DNA of 64,000 nucleotides from assembly GCF_963921235.1 (NCBI RefSeq), contig NC_086097.1, forward strand, positions 107,634,001 through 107,698,000, in the 5' to 3' direction. This DNA is from Mobula hypostoma. Lineage: Eukaryota. The notes beneath the pieces were generated by a model that had not been told where the DNA came from, did no database searches, and saw nothing but the letters and a program-made list of their open reading frames with translations. Below, one piece after another: positions 23,292 to 34,832 of the stretch. Numbering within the stretch: the stretch's first letter is position 1; the number at the start of each line of letters is the position of its first letter. The position numbers and the translations under genes were made by a program.

Positions 23292-24716
23292 TGTTACGTA
23301 CCCCATAACAGTTTTTAAAGAACCAGCAGAAATGGAACACACCTTTAGTCTGGTTTTGGTGTTAACTAATGCTATTTTTATTCGTAACTACGCAATAGAG
23401 TAATATATAACCAGATAAATCAAACAGGTTAGCAGAACTTATGCATATACAGGTGTGTAAATATAAAACCCAAACTTCTTCAAGCTTAGGTGATAATTGA
23501 CACAGTCTTAGAATGGAATGTAAGATAGTTCAGTTCGATGCTCAGGTTAATTAATGAGAGATATTTATAATCCAAAGGTGAATGTTGTGAGAAGTCAATA
23601 TTCCACAGATTCCACAACAGCAATACAAGATAACAATAGTAGTAGGTTTTATCTCCCAAGTTGTTCCACTCCACACACGAAGTATCACTGACAGTGATCT
23701 TCAACGAATATCCTTTCGATACAAGTGGTACCACACCGGAATTCAGCTATGGGTCATCCCGAAGTGGTGGCCACAGGATACTCAAAGAGAATCCATGTAT
23801 GTATTATCACCAACAGTAGCTTATCACTAAGGGGACCCTCTTCAAGGGAACCCCCACCCAGGCAAGGGTCAACACACCAGTAGATTCCACAAGGTTACCC
23901 CAAACACACAATGTGAAAGCCACTTATCCAGCTCTACGACATACGAAATAACTCCAACAGTGATTTGCCACAGGGGTGCCTTTCTTCAGTGGAACTACCA
24001 CACCCAAACAAGGATAACACACAAGTGGTATTTACAAAGGTACTCCCCTCACCAGAGAACTCACTCTTGTGGATTAACTACATGACAGTCACACCTTCAT
24101 ATTCCAATGGAACTCAAACTCACCCTCATGGGCTACTTAGGAGAGAGTCCAAACAGTGACCTCTTTGTCACTAGGTTTCTTCTTTTTCAAACCTTCCTCT
24201 CCCCTCTCCACTTCCTTTAAAGTCACTGAATGTGACCACAAAAAGGAGACCGTCTTCTGTGGTAGTTACCAACCCAGGCAAGGATTGAAAACACTGATAA
24301 CTTCCCACCGGTCACACCTTTTCCACACTGCGAGAGTCACTGATCGATTGTCCCGATCTATCCTCAAAAACCTACCTTTCTGTGGGCACTACAAAGCTCA
24401 TCCAGTGTCCAAAACCATGTGTGTCTGTCTAACAACCAGCTGACCTTGTACTTATCGGAGCATGCTGAACAGCAGCCGTCCATCAAATAACGCTGCCCTC
24501 AGTCGCCATGGCGACCCACGAGCTGCCCGTTGCTCTCTCTCGGTAAGAACTCACAAGCAGGCATAGCATCCTTGTAGAAGTGTGAACACCATCTCAAGAC
24601 AGGCTTCATCCCTCTCTCTCTGTAACAGTTCCAACAGTGTCCAAAGGTAAGTCTCATTCTCCCGACATCTTAAAGTGACAGTCCACAGAAAATATGAACC
24701 CTAGGGGTGCATAACA
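23292..24716 (-). mobile_element. Solo LTR (Gypsy-type), 1425 bp
   Basis: Inverted termini TGTTACGTACCCC...GGGGTGCATAACA; 4-bp TSD CCTA at 23288-23291 and 24717-24720; minus-strand AATAAA near the left end. Confidence 0.9.
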
Positions 24717-24811
24717 CCTAGCTGTTTTTTTTAAATTCATAGAGATAATTTTGGTGACAGAGAGGGGAGTTAGGAACCAGGTTAGGGTTTAGGGACAGTG
24801 ATGTGAGGGAA

Positions 24812-25635
24812 TTAGATAGATAGATATACTTTATTAACCCCGAGGGAAATTTGGTTTCGTTACAGCCGCACCAACCAAGAATAGAGCAATATAGCAAATA
24901 AATAGCGTAAATATAGCAATACAAAAAACCCCAACAGTCAAACAATAAAATGCAAAACTATGCCAGATGGAAAATAAGCCCAGGACCAGTCTATTGGCTC
25001 AGGGTGTCTGACCCTCCATGGGAGGAGCTGCACGTTCGATGGCCACAGGCAGGAACGACCTCCCGTACCGCCAAGTGTTGTATCACGGTGGAATGTGGCC
25101 TAAGTCCAACAGTAAAAAGTTCAATATCCAGTCTGCAAACACGTTCCTCGATCGTAATATACCCCGGATTGCACCATCCGTTGTTAGCTAGATCGGTAAG
25201 CACCCCACTCCTTTACACTTACCGCTCTCAGTGCACTTCCGGTCAGCCGGAACGGTATTTACCACCGAACTCCTCTTCTCCAAAAGTCTCTGTTGTCTCG
25301 ACCCGGTCCTCTTTCCTCGGCTTTGTGATCCCCCTCTGTGTGTTTTCCTCCGGATTTCAGCAGGGGTGTCCACCGCTCTGTTCACTAAGCTGGCCGGTCT
25401 TTGTTGGTCTGTGGAATACACAATGCGACCTTGCTTCTGTCCCGCGTGTCGGGATGTAACCATTTCCAGCGCTAAAGAAAACCCAAATAAAACTCTCTCT
25501 ACCAGCATATTAGAGAGGGTGCAGCTTCGACGTGTTACCGTGAGAAAAAAATACAAAAATAACAAATTTAAAAGTAAGAAGAAGAAAGTAAAAGAATAGA
25601 TCGGAACGGCTGTACCAGGCTGCATACACAACCAG
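24812..25635 (-). mobile_element. Internally deleted Rex1/Babar-type LINE derivative
   Basis: 5' RIVYSTDQ...EIRRKTHRG, then an endonuclease snippet NNGWCNPGYITIEERVCRLDIELFTVGLRP joined directly to the RT C-terminal RYGRSFLPVAI, then AATAAA and a (TCTA)n tail. Confidence 0.7.
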
Positions 25636-26896
25636 CCTTAGAGGTCAGGCTCTGTGTTCCGGCAATGTGGACAAGTGACAAAGGGCATTTCAAGTCTGGG
25701 CTTCCACTCTGCACTCAAAGGCCTGCAATGTGATGCATGGATGTCCATGTACATGTGATACAAAAATCTTACTCTGAATCTGAAATATCGTTTGCTCCGA
25801 ATAATATTTCCAGAAGGAAGAAGTCCATTTTATTCTCAGCTGTAGGTGCAAAGAAACAACGGTTGATATATACCAGAACAGGAGACAAGAGATTCAAAGA
25901 GTTGTTTGAACTAGTTGAAGAGCTTGTTGTCTCATTCTCAGCCTTGCCATTGATTGGAACATGTGTAGCAAATGGAATCTGCATCCAGATGAAATTGTTC
26001 AATATTTTCTTACAACTTTAAGCTGAGCCATTGAGCACTGCGAGCATGGTACAAATTTGTAGCATCTGTTGTGGGCTCCCAGAGGTGCTGGAGTCAAAAA
26101 TGATTCTACTCAGAGGAGAATACTAAGTGAGAAGCAAGTGTAGTTAAAGCAGCCACTGTAAATTGCACAGGCAATGGAGAATGGCCAGCAGACAGAAGAT
26201 CTGCAATGTCATGTGATGATAGGACTTTGTTCTACTTTCAGAAAAAGGGAAGGTCGCTTGTGGAAGGGAAGGTGTTCTGGTGGCATAATAATGAATTAGT
26301 GAGTCAGGTACAAAGAATTGTTTTCCCTCATCGTAGTATCAAGGGATTTCAGCCAACAGCCTCTGAAAGCAAAGTGATACCATGTCAAACTCAAGCAGAC
26401 AAGCTGTGCACAACTTAATGGTTTAAACAGTAAAGGACAATGCACACCTGAACTAAGTGAAGAAGATGTGACCTAAGTGGATTGTATAATTTTTTTACCC
26501 TATTGAGAAAATTGTACTGAGCTTTTCTGTATGACGAAGTATCTTGGAAAGTGATTGCCAGCACCTAGATATTTTCTTGAAGTACACAGAAGCATTCAAG
26601 ATGAGGAAGCCAAGATTCACCTGAAAGAGAAATCTACACCTCGGTTCTTCAAAGCATGTGTGAAGGAATATATTGTGGATGAGCGTACAGGAAGCTGGTA
26701 TCTTTGAACTTGCTGAGGTTCCTGTTTGCTTGGCTCTCTTCATTCCTGCAGAGGAGGAATCTGTACAAATTTGTACAAATTGCGAAGTAATAATCAACAA
26801 AGAAACAAATTAGATATATACTCATTATTCCCTGACTGATAATTTGTTTGTTTAGCTGGCAAGGTAACAGATCTTAATAATCCTTAATTAACCCTT

Positions 26897-27696
26897 GATG
26901 GCGAACATGGCACCAGCAAACAACACTATCAAAGGCAACATCCTCAAGCTGGGTCACAAAGCAACTCCTTTCCCTTCTTTTACCTCTTTTTTATTTCAGC
27001 TGTGGTTTGCTACTGTTGGAGCCTGTTATCTACATTCTGGCAGTGTGGTTTTTGGCACTTTGCTGTCTCGGAGAGGGTTCCATGAGGCTGCGAGGAGACC
27101 GGGAAGCCTGGAGATGGGGCACGAGCCCGTGATCAACTCCATCCCTCGCTAATTAAAGCGGCAAGGAAGATTGAAATTGTTGAGGCGGCTGTGGAGTGTG
27201 AGCGAGTATTCAGCCTCATCTACTAGTCTCTCACTGGCTGCTGCCAGAGAAGGGTGTCTGCATGTGGTGATCTCTCTTTCCCTCTTGCTTGCTGCTCTCA
27301 AGGGAGGGCCCCTGCACTCGAATGATCTCTCTCTCTCTCTCGATGCTGTGGGAGGATGGTACCAGGACAAGGTTTAATCAATGCAGTCTGTGGATCGTGG
27401 ACTCCATGATATGTTTCTAGTTTCTCTGGTCGTACTAGTTTTGTTGCTAGTTTGGGCAATTTTGAATCAGGGCGGCCTGCAGATAACAAACACTGAGCGG
27501 AACTGAATATGCCTTTTGATTTTTGTGTTTTATATTCTATGTTTTTGCTCTTTTTTTTTGTCTGTGCAATTTGGGTTTTTTTGTGTTTGGCGGCAGTTAA
27601 TTTTTTTTTCTTCGAATGGATTCCATGGTTCTTTGTTTTGTTGCTGTCTATGAGGAAGACAAATCTCGGAGTTGTACATACTTTGAATCTTTGAAT
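26897..27696 (+). mobile_element. ~800-bp non-autonomous retroposon (SINE-like), apparently full length
   Basis: Starts GATGGCGAACATGGC and ends GACAAATCTCGGAGTTGTACATACTTTGAATCTTTGAA; related to the 17955-18382 and 22375-23045 copies. Confidence 0.55.
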
Positions 27697-28187
27697 GTAT
27701 AAAATGTTTACCAGCAAGCCAAGTTAGACAGCGGGTCGAAGGAATACTCCTTGGATTGTTCCAGTATCACACATTTCCATTTGAAATAGCATGGACTCTG
27801 CACAGAGGGCGATGGGAAGTTTGATCCAAAATCTGCAGGTGATATCGGATATCTGGATGAGACATCTATGCATGGAAAATCAGAGCAGGAACACAGGGTA
27901 CACTTTAATAATTCTGAGAAGTGAGAGTGTTATTGGGAAAAGGGAAAATGGGTATTGATTATCTCAGAAGAGATCTAAATTGCCCTTAAGATGGATGCTG
28001 ACAGTGGAGACAAGATTAAAGGTTTCATGTCCCTGGTACAGTTAATCAAACAGAAGTTAACACTTCTCAATTACCATGGATATTTCCCTTCCTCTTTAAG
28101 CAAAATATCAAGGTTTCTACATACATTGCTGGACCACAAGAGAAAGTGGAAGTGGACAAGAAAACAAGAAGCTGCTCTTTTAGAGTT

Positions 28188-29705
28188 CAGAATCAGAATC
28201 CGGCTTAATATCACTGGTCTTTGTCATGAATTTATTGGTTATGCAGCAGCAGTACATAATAAAACTGTGAGTTACAGTAAATATATAAAAGAAGTTAAGT
28301 TAAACAAGTAGTGCAAAAATGGCAGAGGGGAAGACATTGTTCTTGAATCATTGAGTGAGTGTTTTCAGGTGTTATGAAGACCACACAACTGTGCCAGCTT
28401 CTGTGGTTTAGATGTTCTAACCCTCTGGAATATGGATATCTGGCTGGCCTTTTAAAGATTCACCAGCCCCGCTAATTGGTGACCATGTTTTGGTGCCAGG
28501 GTTTAATATTCAAAGAACACCTGACCTCAAGGCTCAGTCACCCTCTGCCTGTTCCGGACAGACCATGGGCACATGGACTTTGTCACGGGGTTTCTTCCTT
28601 CCAAGGGGAAGACTGTCATCATGGTAATTGTGGATCGTTTTTCAAAGGTCCAAAAATTCCATCTGCAGTGAAGATGGCCGAAATTGGACAGACTACCATC
28701 TGCAGTGAAGATGGCTAAAATTGTCCTGCAGTTCACGTCACATTTTTGGAGGGCATTCTGTAAGATGATTGAGACGACAACGAATCTTTCCTCTGGGTTT
28801 CACCTGCAGTCCAACGGTCAGTCAGAACGGGTGAACCAGGTTTGGAATGAACCTAAGATGTCCGGCCTCTGAAAAACCAAATGAGTGGTGCGACCATTTG
28901 ATGTGTGCAGAGGGTGCCCACAGCACTTTACAGCACTCAGCACATGGGGTGTCCCCTTTTGAATATAAATTTGGGTATTCTCTGAGCAGGAGGCCAAGGT
29001 TGGGGTTCCTGCAGCCGAAGATCTCGTCTGATGCTGCAAGGAGAAATGGACTAGGGCAAGGGAGAGTTTGTTAACCTCTACCTGGAAGGGTGAAATAAAG
29101 GCTAACCACAATAGAAGACAGGGACCAGTTTTGCAGCCTGGGCAACAGGTCTGGCTGTCAATTCCAAGTGGAGTCTAGGAAATTGGCACCCAAGTTCAAT
29201 GAACCCTTCAAAGTTCTCAAGAAAGTAAACCTAGTGTCTTACACCTTGCATTCCCAACCCCCTGAAGATCCTATACCTCCTCCCTGATGGTAGCAATTTG
29301 AAGAGGGCATATCCTGGGTGATGTGAGTCCTTAATGATGGACGCCGACTTTTTGCAGCATTGCTCATGGATGCTGGGGAGGCTAGTGCCCATGATAGAGC
29401 TGAGTTTACATCTTTCTGCAACTTATATTGATCCAGTGCAGTGCCCTCCCCCCATACCAGCCAGTGATTCAGCCAGTTAGAATGCTCTCTACAGGACATC
29501 TGTAGAAATTTGTGAGTGTTTTTGGTGACATACCAAATCCTCAAACTCCAAATGAAATGATGTCATTGTTGTGCTTTCTTTCTTTGTAACTGCCTCCATA
29601 TGTTGGGCACAGGACCAATCCCCCGAGATGCTGACACCCAGGAACTTGAAACTGCTCACCCTTTCCAATTCTGATACCTCTTTAAGGACTGGTGTGTGTT
29701 CCTTC
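28188..29705 (-). mobile_element. Rex1/Babar LINE 3' fragment split by a Gypsy fragment (28369-29267)
   Basis: (TTCTGA)n tail at 28188. TTTTCAGG|...|ATCCTATACCTCCTCCCTGATGG continuity across the insert. FLQMSCREHSNWLNHWLVW is a shifted-frame version of the FYRCxxESIL motif. Confidence 0.7.
28369..29267 (+). mobile_element. Degraded Gypsy (Tf2/sushi-like) integrase fragment
   Basis: HPLPVPDRPW...DFVTG...VIMVIVDRFSK...QFTSHFWRAFCK...LSSGFHLQSNGQSERVNQ. Confidence 0.85.
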
Positions 29706-30169
29706 GTCTAACATTTGCTGCTGAATTAATAGCTTCCTGTATATTATGATCTGATGAAGCTTTACTTTCTATACTGTAATATATTGCTTTATGGCTGTGG
29801 TGTGTTTTCTTACTCACTTTGAAATGGAACTGAGGGACACGTTGGTTTTGCATCCGGTCTTTTTCCAAGTGGAGTAATTTTACTTACAACAGGACAAGAT
29901 TGCTATACCAAATTGTACACTAAATTGCCTATGCTAGGTTCTGCTGTTCACAAGTAATCCCCTGCTCTATCTGGGCCCATTTACTAGTAACTCTGCTGTG
30001 TATGCTTTTTGATATTCTTAAGTATCTGCTTAAATACGCCAGGTCTACAGAATGATCCACAATCCCTGAAAGGCATTTTTGTTAAATCCAAAGGGATGAC
30101 TCCAATGCACTCAGCTAGAGAGCAGAGGTAAGCACTATTAATGCCCGTATACAATGTTGTTCTGATGTA

Positions 30170-30235
30170 CAGTATGTGCAAAATTCTTAGGCACATATAT
30201 GTAGCTAAGATGCCTAAGACTTTTGCACAGTACTG
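30170..30235. mobile_element. 66-bp Tc1/mariner-type mini-MITE
   Basis: TA|CAGTATGTGCAAAATTCTTAGGCA...TGCCTAAGACTTTTGCACAGTACTG|TA; a third TIR copy at ~30594-30618. Confidence 0.7.
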
Positions 30236-30681
30236 TATTTGCCACTGTGGAGCAGAGAGGAGTTTGTAAATCCAGCAGGAGCAAAGGATGTTGGGAATGG
30301 TGAAGCTGGAGCACCATGGGAAGGGTGTGGGACAGGTAGCAGACAGGGGGTGTCATGGCTGGGGGGGCAGGGTGGCATGGATATAGACACACTCAAACCT
30401 GAGACACCAGGCAAGGTCATTTGATTCAAAACAATTGGTTTATTGATCTCTACAGAGTGCTTCCCACTCCCTTCCCCTTTTCCCAACCATGATTACCTTC
30501 CCACACTCAGTCCACATAGGGATCAGGTTTATCATCACTTACACATGTCATGAAATAATTTTTTTTAGCAGCAGCTGTACATAAAATGACTAGAGTACTG
30601 TGTAAAAGTCTTGGGCACCCTAGACTTATTCTGCCTTATTCTGTACAATACATTCAGAATAAGGATAGACTGAGTCAACTG

Positions 30682-31090
30682 TCCCTTCAAGAGTACCACA
30701 ACCTTGTCATGGTTTGGAGGCTTGCTTCCTTCAATGACCCAAGAGCTATGCTGCCCTTTAGGCTTTGGCTGTTGGTAGGGTCACCTATACCAAACAGGTC
30801 AAAGGATAGATGCCAGACTAAGTTCCTCCCGGTTCGGGGGTTCAGCTCAGGACTAACAACCCTGACAGTTATGGATACAGCAATGAAGAATAACCCTGAC
30901 AGTTATGGATACAGCAATGAAGAATCCTTCTACATCTGTGTGTGACAGTATTCCTGAGTCTCCACCCAGGACTTGTGTGACTGACAGTAAAATGAGAGGA
31001 AGCTACTGACATGATGAAGGAAGCCGTGAATATTGCCAGAGGTAGTGGACCTTCATTGCTGCCTTAAACACCAGCAGCATAATAGGCAAA
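30682..31090 (+). mobile_element. Short bipartite RTE-LINE-derived element
   Basis: Second copy at 54026-54440; RTE-like 5' UTR joined to 3' end GGACCTTCATTGCTGCCTTAAACACCAG; family assignment is from recalled resemblance. Confidence 0.55.
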
Positions 31091-32020
31091 GGAAGAAAGA
31101 GTCAACTGCCAGCTGGTTCACATCCATGTAAGACACCATACCAGGTGAGATTGTGCAGGGGGTGGAATAAGTGGACAGTAACACAATCACAATCCAGTAG
31201 TTTGATACCATAATGAGGTATGACCTCAACATCTTGTTGGTATCCCAAAACATCCATGCAGGATGGGTGGGAAAATAGCAGAATATAAACATATTTCAGG
31301 AATAGATATGAACTAAGCGGGCAGGAGGTGTGGTTCATTGAAGATTTGGAGTTGTTCCATCCCGAGGAAGAGTAGTTGCAGAAAGGGATTTCTTGTATCA
31401 AGCAGGCTGCTCAAAGTTTTGTCTGGTAGCTGGGACTAGGTAACTATTCAGAGGACGCTGTCAAGGAATGTAAGGGATGACAAGAACATTACAAGGATCT
31501 AACTAGAGGCTCTTGTAATGAAATCTACCAGGGGTTGAGCTCCTGTACCCCTGACCCTTGCCAAACAAGTCTTGGTTCAAAGTTCAAATTCAAAGTGCAC
31601 TTATTATCAAAGAATATATAAACTTTGTAACCTTGAGATGTGTTTGCTGACAGGCAGGCTGATGATGCAAGTGGATTTTGCAGCTCCGTTTATGGCAATA
31701 AGTATCATGATGTGGAGATGAAAAGTATCTCTCTGTATCTTTTCTCATTCTGCTTGAAGATAAATGAACAAACTGAAGTTATTTGTTTATTAAAAAATAC
31801 AAATTGCACAAGCAAATTTTCTCATAGCAACTTTGAGGTAGATTCAACATTGGTTGCATGCACAAATTATTAAAGAAATACCAGCTTACATATTTAAACA
31901 TCCCCATAATTCTGTTTAATAATAAAATAAAAAATCAAAAAAGTAAATCAAATTCATAGCAACACACACAAAAAATGCTGGTGAACGCAGCAGGCCAGGC
32001 AGCATCTATAGGAAGAACCA

Positions 32021-32057
32021 CAGTCGACGTTTCGGGCCAAGACCCTTCGTCAGGACT
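32021..32057 (-). ncRNA. Minimal hammerhead ribozyme motif of PLE pLTR
   Basis: AGTC-CTGACGA-AGGGTCTTGGCCC-GAAAC-GTC-GACTG: intact CUGANGA/GAAA core, stem I AGTC/GACT, stem II hairpin, palindromic mini stem III. Confidence 0.85.
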
Positions 32058-34508
32058 AACTGAAAGAAGAGATAGTAAGAGATTTGAAAGTGGGAGGGGG
32101 AGATCCGAAATGATAGGAGATGACAGGAGGGGGAGGGATGGAGCTAAGAGCTGGAAAGTTGATTGGCAAAAGGGATACAAGGCTGGAGAAGGGAGAGGAT
32201 CATGGGACGGGAGGCCTAGGGAGAAAGAAAGGGGGGCGGTGAAATAACCCAGAGGATGGGCAAGGAGTTATAGTGATAGGGACAGAGGGAGAAAAAAGAA
32301 AGAGAGAGAAAAAGGGGGAAAGAAAAATAAATAAATAAGGGATAGGGTATGAAGGGGAGGTGGGGCATTAACGGAAGTTAGAGAAGTCAATGTTCATGCC
32401 ATCAGGTTGGAGGCTACCCAGACGGAATATAAGGTGTTGTTCCTCCAACCTGGGTGTGGCTTCATCTTGACAGTAGAGGAGGCCGTGGATAGACATATCA
32501 GAATGGGAATGGGACGTGGAATTAAAATGTGTAGCCACTGGGAGATCCTGTTTTCTCTGGCAGACAGAACGTAGGTGTTCAGCAAAACAGTCTCCCAGCC
32601 TGCGTCGGGTCTCGCCAATATATAGAAGGCCACATCGGGAGCAGTATATCACCCCAGCCGACTCACAGGTGAAGTGTCGCCTCACCAGGAAGGACTGTCT
32701 GGGGCTCTGAATGGTAGTGAGGGAGGAAGTGTAAGGACATGTGTTGCACTTGTTCTGCTTACAAGGATAAGTGCCAGGAGGGAGATCAGTGGGAAGGGAT
32801 GGGGGGGACAAGGAAGTCGTGTAGGGAGCAATCCCTGCGGAAAGCAGAAAGAGGGGTGGGAGGGAAAGATGTGCTTAGTGGTGGGATCCCGTTGGAGGTG
32901 GCGGAAGGAGAATTATATGTTGGACCCGGAGGCTGGTGGGGTAGTAGGTGAGGACAAGGGGAACCCTATTCCTAGTGGGGTGGTGGGAGGATGGAGTGAG
33001 AGCAGATGTGCGTGAAATGGGGAAGATGCGTTTGAGAGCAGAGTTGATGGTGGAGGAAGGGTAGCCCCTTTCTTTAAAAAAGGAAGACATCTCCTTCGTC
33101 CTGCAATGAAAGACCTCATCCTGAGAGCAGATGCGGCGGAGACGGAGGAATTGCGAGAAGAGGATGGCATTTTTGCAAGAGACAGGGTGGGAAGAGGAAT
33201 AATCCAGATAGCTGTAAGAGTCAGTAGGCTTATAGTAGGTAAGCTATCTCCAGAGATAGAGACAGAAAGGTGAGGGAAGTGTCAGAAATGGACCAGGTAA
33301 ACTTGAGGGCAGGATGAAAGTTGGAGCAAAGTTGGACTATTCCTCTTCCCATCCTGTCTCTTGCAAAAATGCCATCCCCTTATCGCAATTCCTCCTTCTC
33401 CGCCGCATCTGCTCTCAGGACGAAGGAGATGTCCTTTTTTAAAGAAAGGGGCTTCCCTTCCTCCACCATCAACTCTGCTCTCAAACGCATTGCTCCTATT
33501 TCACGCACATCTGCTCTCATTCTATCCTCCCGTCACCCCATTAGGAATAGGGTTCCCCTGGTCCTCACCTACCACCCCACCAGGCTCCGGGTCCAACATA
33601 TAATCCTCCGTAACTTCTGCCACCTCCAACGGGATCCCATCACTAAGCATATCTTTCCCTCCCCCCTTTTTCTGCTTTCTGCAGGGATCACTCCCTACGC
33701 GACTCCCTTGTCCATTCGTCACCCCCATCCCTTCCCACCGTTCTCCCCCACACCCACGCCCCCCCCCGGCACTTATCCTTGCAAGCGGAATAAGTGCTAC
33801 ACATTTCCTTACACTTCCTCCCTTACCACCATTCAAGGCACCGGACAGTCCTTCCAGGTGAGACGACACTTCACCTGTGAGTCGGCTGGGGTGATATACC
33901 GTGTCCGGTGCTCCCGATGCGGCTTTCTATATATTGGCGAGACCCAACGCAGACCGGGAGACTGTTTCGCTGAACACCTACGCTCTGTCCGCCAGAGAAA
34001 GCAGGATCTCCCAGTGGCCACACATTTTAATTTTCATGTGCCATTCCCATTCTGATATGTCTATCCACAGCCTCCTCTACTGTCAAGATGAAGCCACACT
34101 CAGGTTGGAGAAACAACACCTTATTTTCCGTCTGGGTAGCCTCCAACCTGATGGCATGAACATTCACTTCTCAAACTTCTGCTAATGCCCCACCTCCCCC
34201 TCGTAACCCATCCATTATTTATTTATTTATTCATTTGTCTCTCTCTTCCCCCCCCCACCTCTTTTTTCTCCCTCTGTCCCTCTCACTATAACTCCTTGCC
34301 CATCCTCTGGGTTTCCCCCCCCCTCCCCTTTTCTTTCTCCCTGGGCCTCCCATCCCATGATCCTCTCCCTTCTCCAGCCTAATATCCCTTTTGCCAATCA
34401 ACTTTCCAGCTCTTAGCTCCATCCCTTCCCCTCCTGTCTTCTCCTATCATTTTGGATCTCCCCCTCCCCCTCCCACTTTCAAATCTCTTACTATCTCTTC
34501 TTTCAGAT

Positions 34509-34545
34509 AGTCCTGACGAAGGGTCTCGGCCTGAAACGTCGACTG
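34509..34545 (+). ncRNA. Minimal hammerhead ribozyme motif of PLE pLTR
   Basis: AGTC-CTGACGA-AGGGTCTCGGCCT-GAAAC-GTC-GACTG; core intact. Confidence 0.85.
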
Positions 34546-34832
34546 TACTTCTTCCTATAGATGCTGCCTGGCCTGCTGAGTTCACCAGCATTTTTTGTGT
34601 GTGTTGCTTGAATTTCCTGCGTCTGCAGATTTCCTCGTGATTGCGTTTTTAAAATCAAATTCATAGCTTAGTCTCTGCCTGCCTCACTATAGCACAAAGA
34701 GGCCCACAACTGTTCACAACATTCCAAATGTAGTCTGACTGATGCCTTATAAAGCTTCAGCATTACATTCTTGCTTTTATATTCTGCAGAAAGGTCTCAG
34801 CCCGAAATGTTGACTGTTTATTCATTTCCATA

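Larger units (their letters stand above)
31961..34651. mobile_element. Penelope-like element as an inverted pair of 3' halves (left arm minus, right arm plus) flanked by a 16-bp direct repeat
   Basis: GIY-YIG region (GVIY...CSRCG.LYIGET.RR.GDCFAEH) on both strands; AAATCAAATTCATAGC at 31945-31960 and 34652-34667. Confidence 0.9.

Noticed and set aside
25737..26800. Short ORFs in apparently unique DNA
   Set aside because: No recognisable host protein; ~26590-26670 (AKIHLKEKSTPRFFKA) looks at most like a decayed Gypsy pol remnant.
31090..31500. Possible exon or old LINE endonuclease remnant
   Set aside because: Too degraded to assign; multiple stops.
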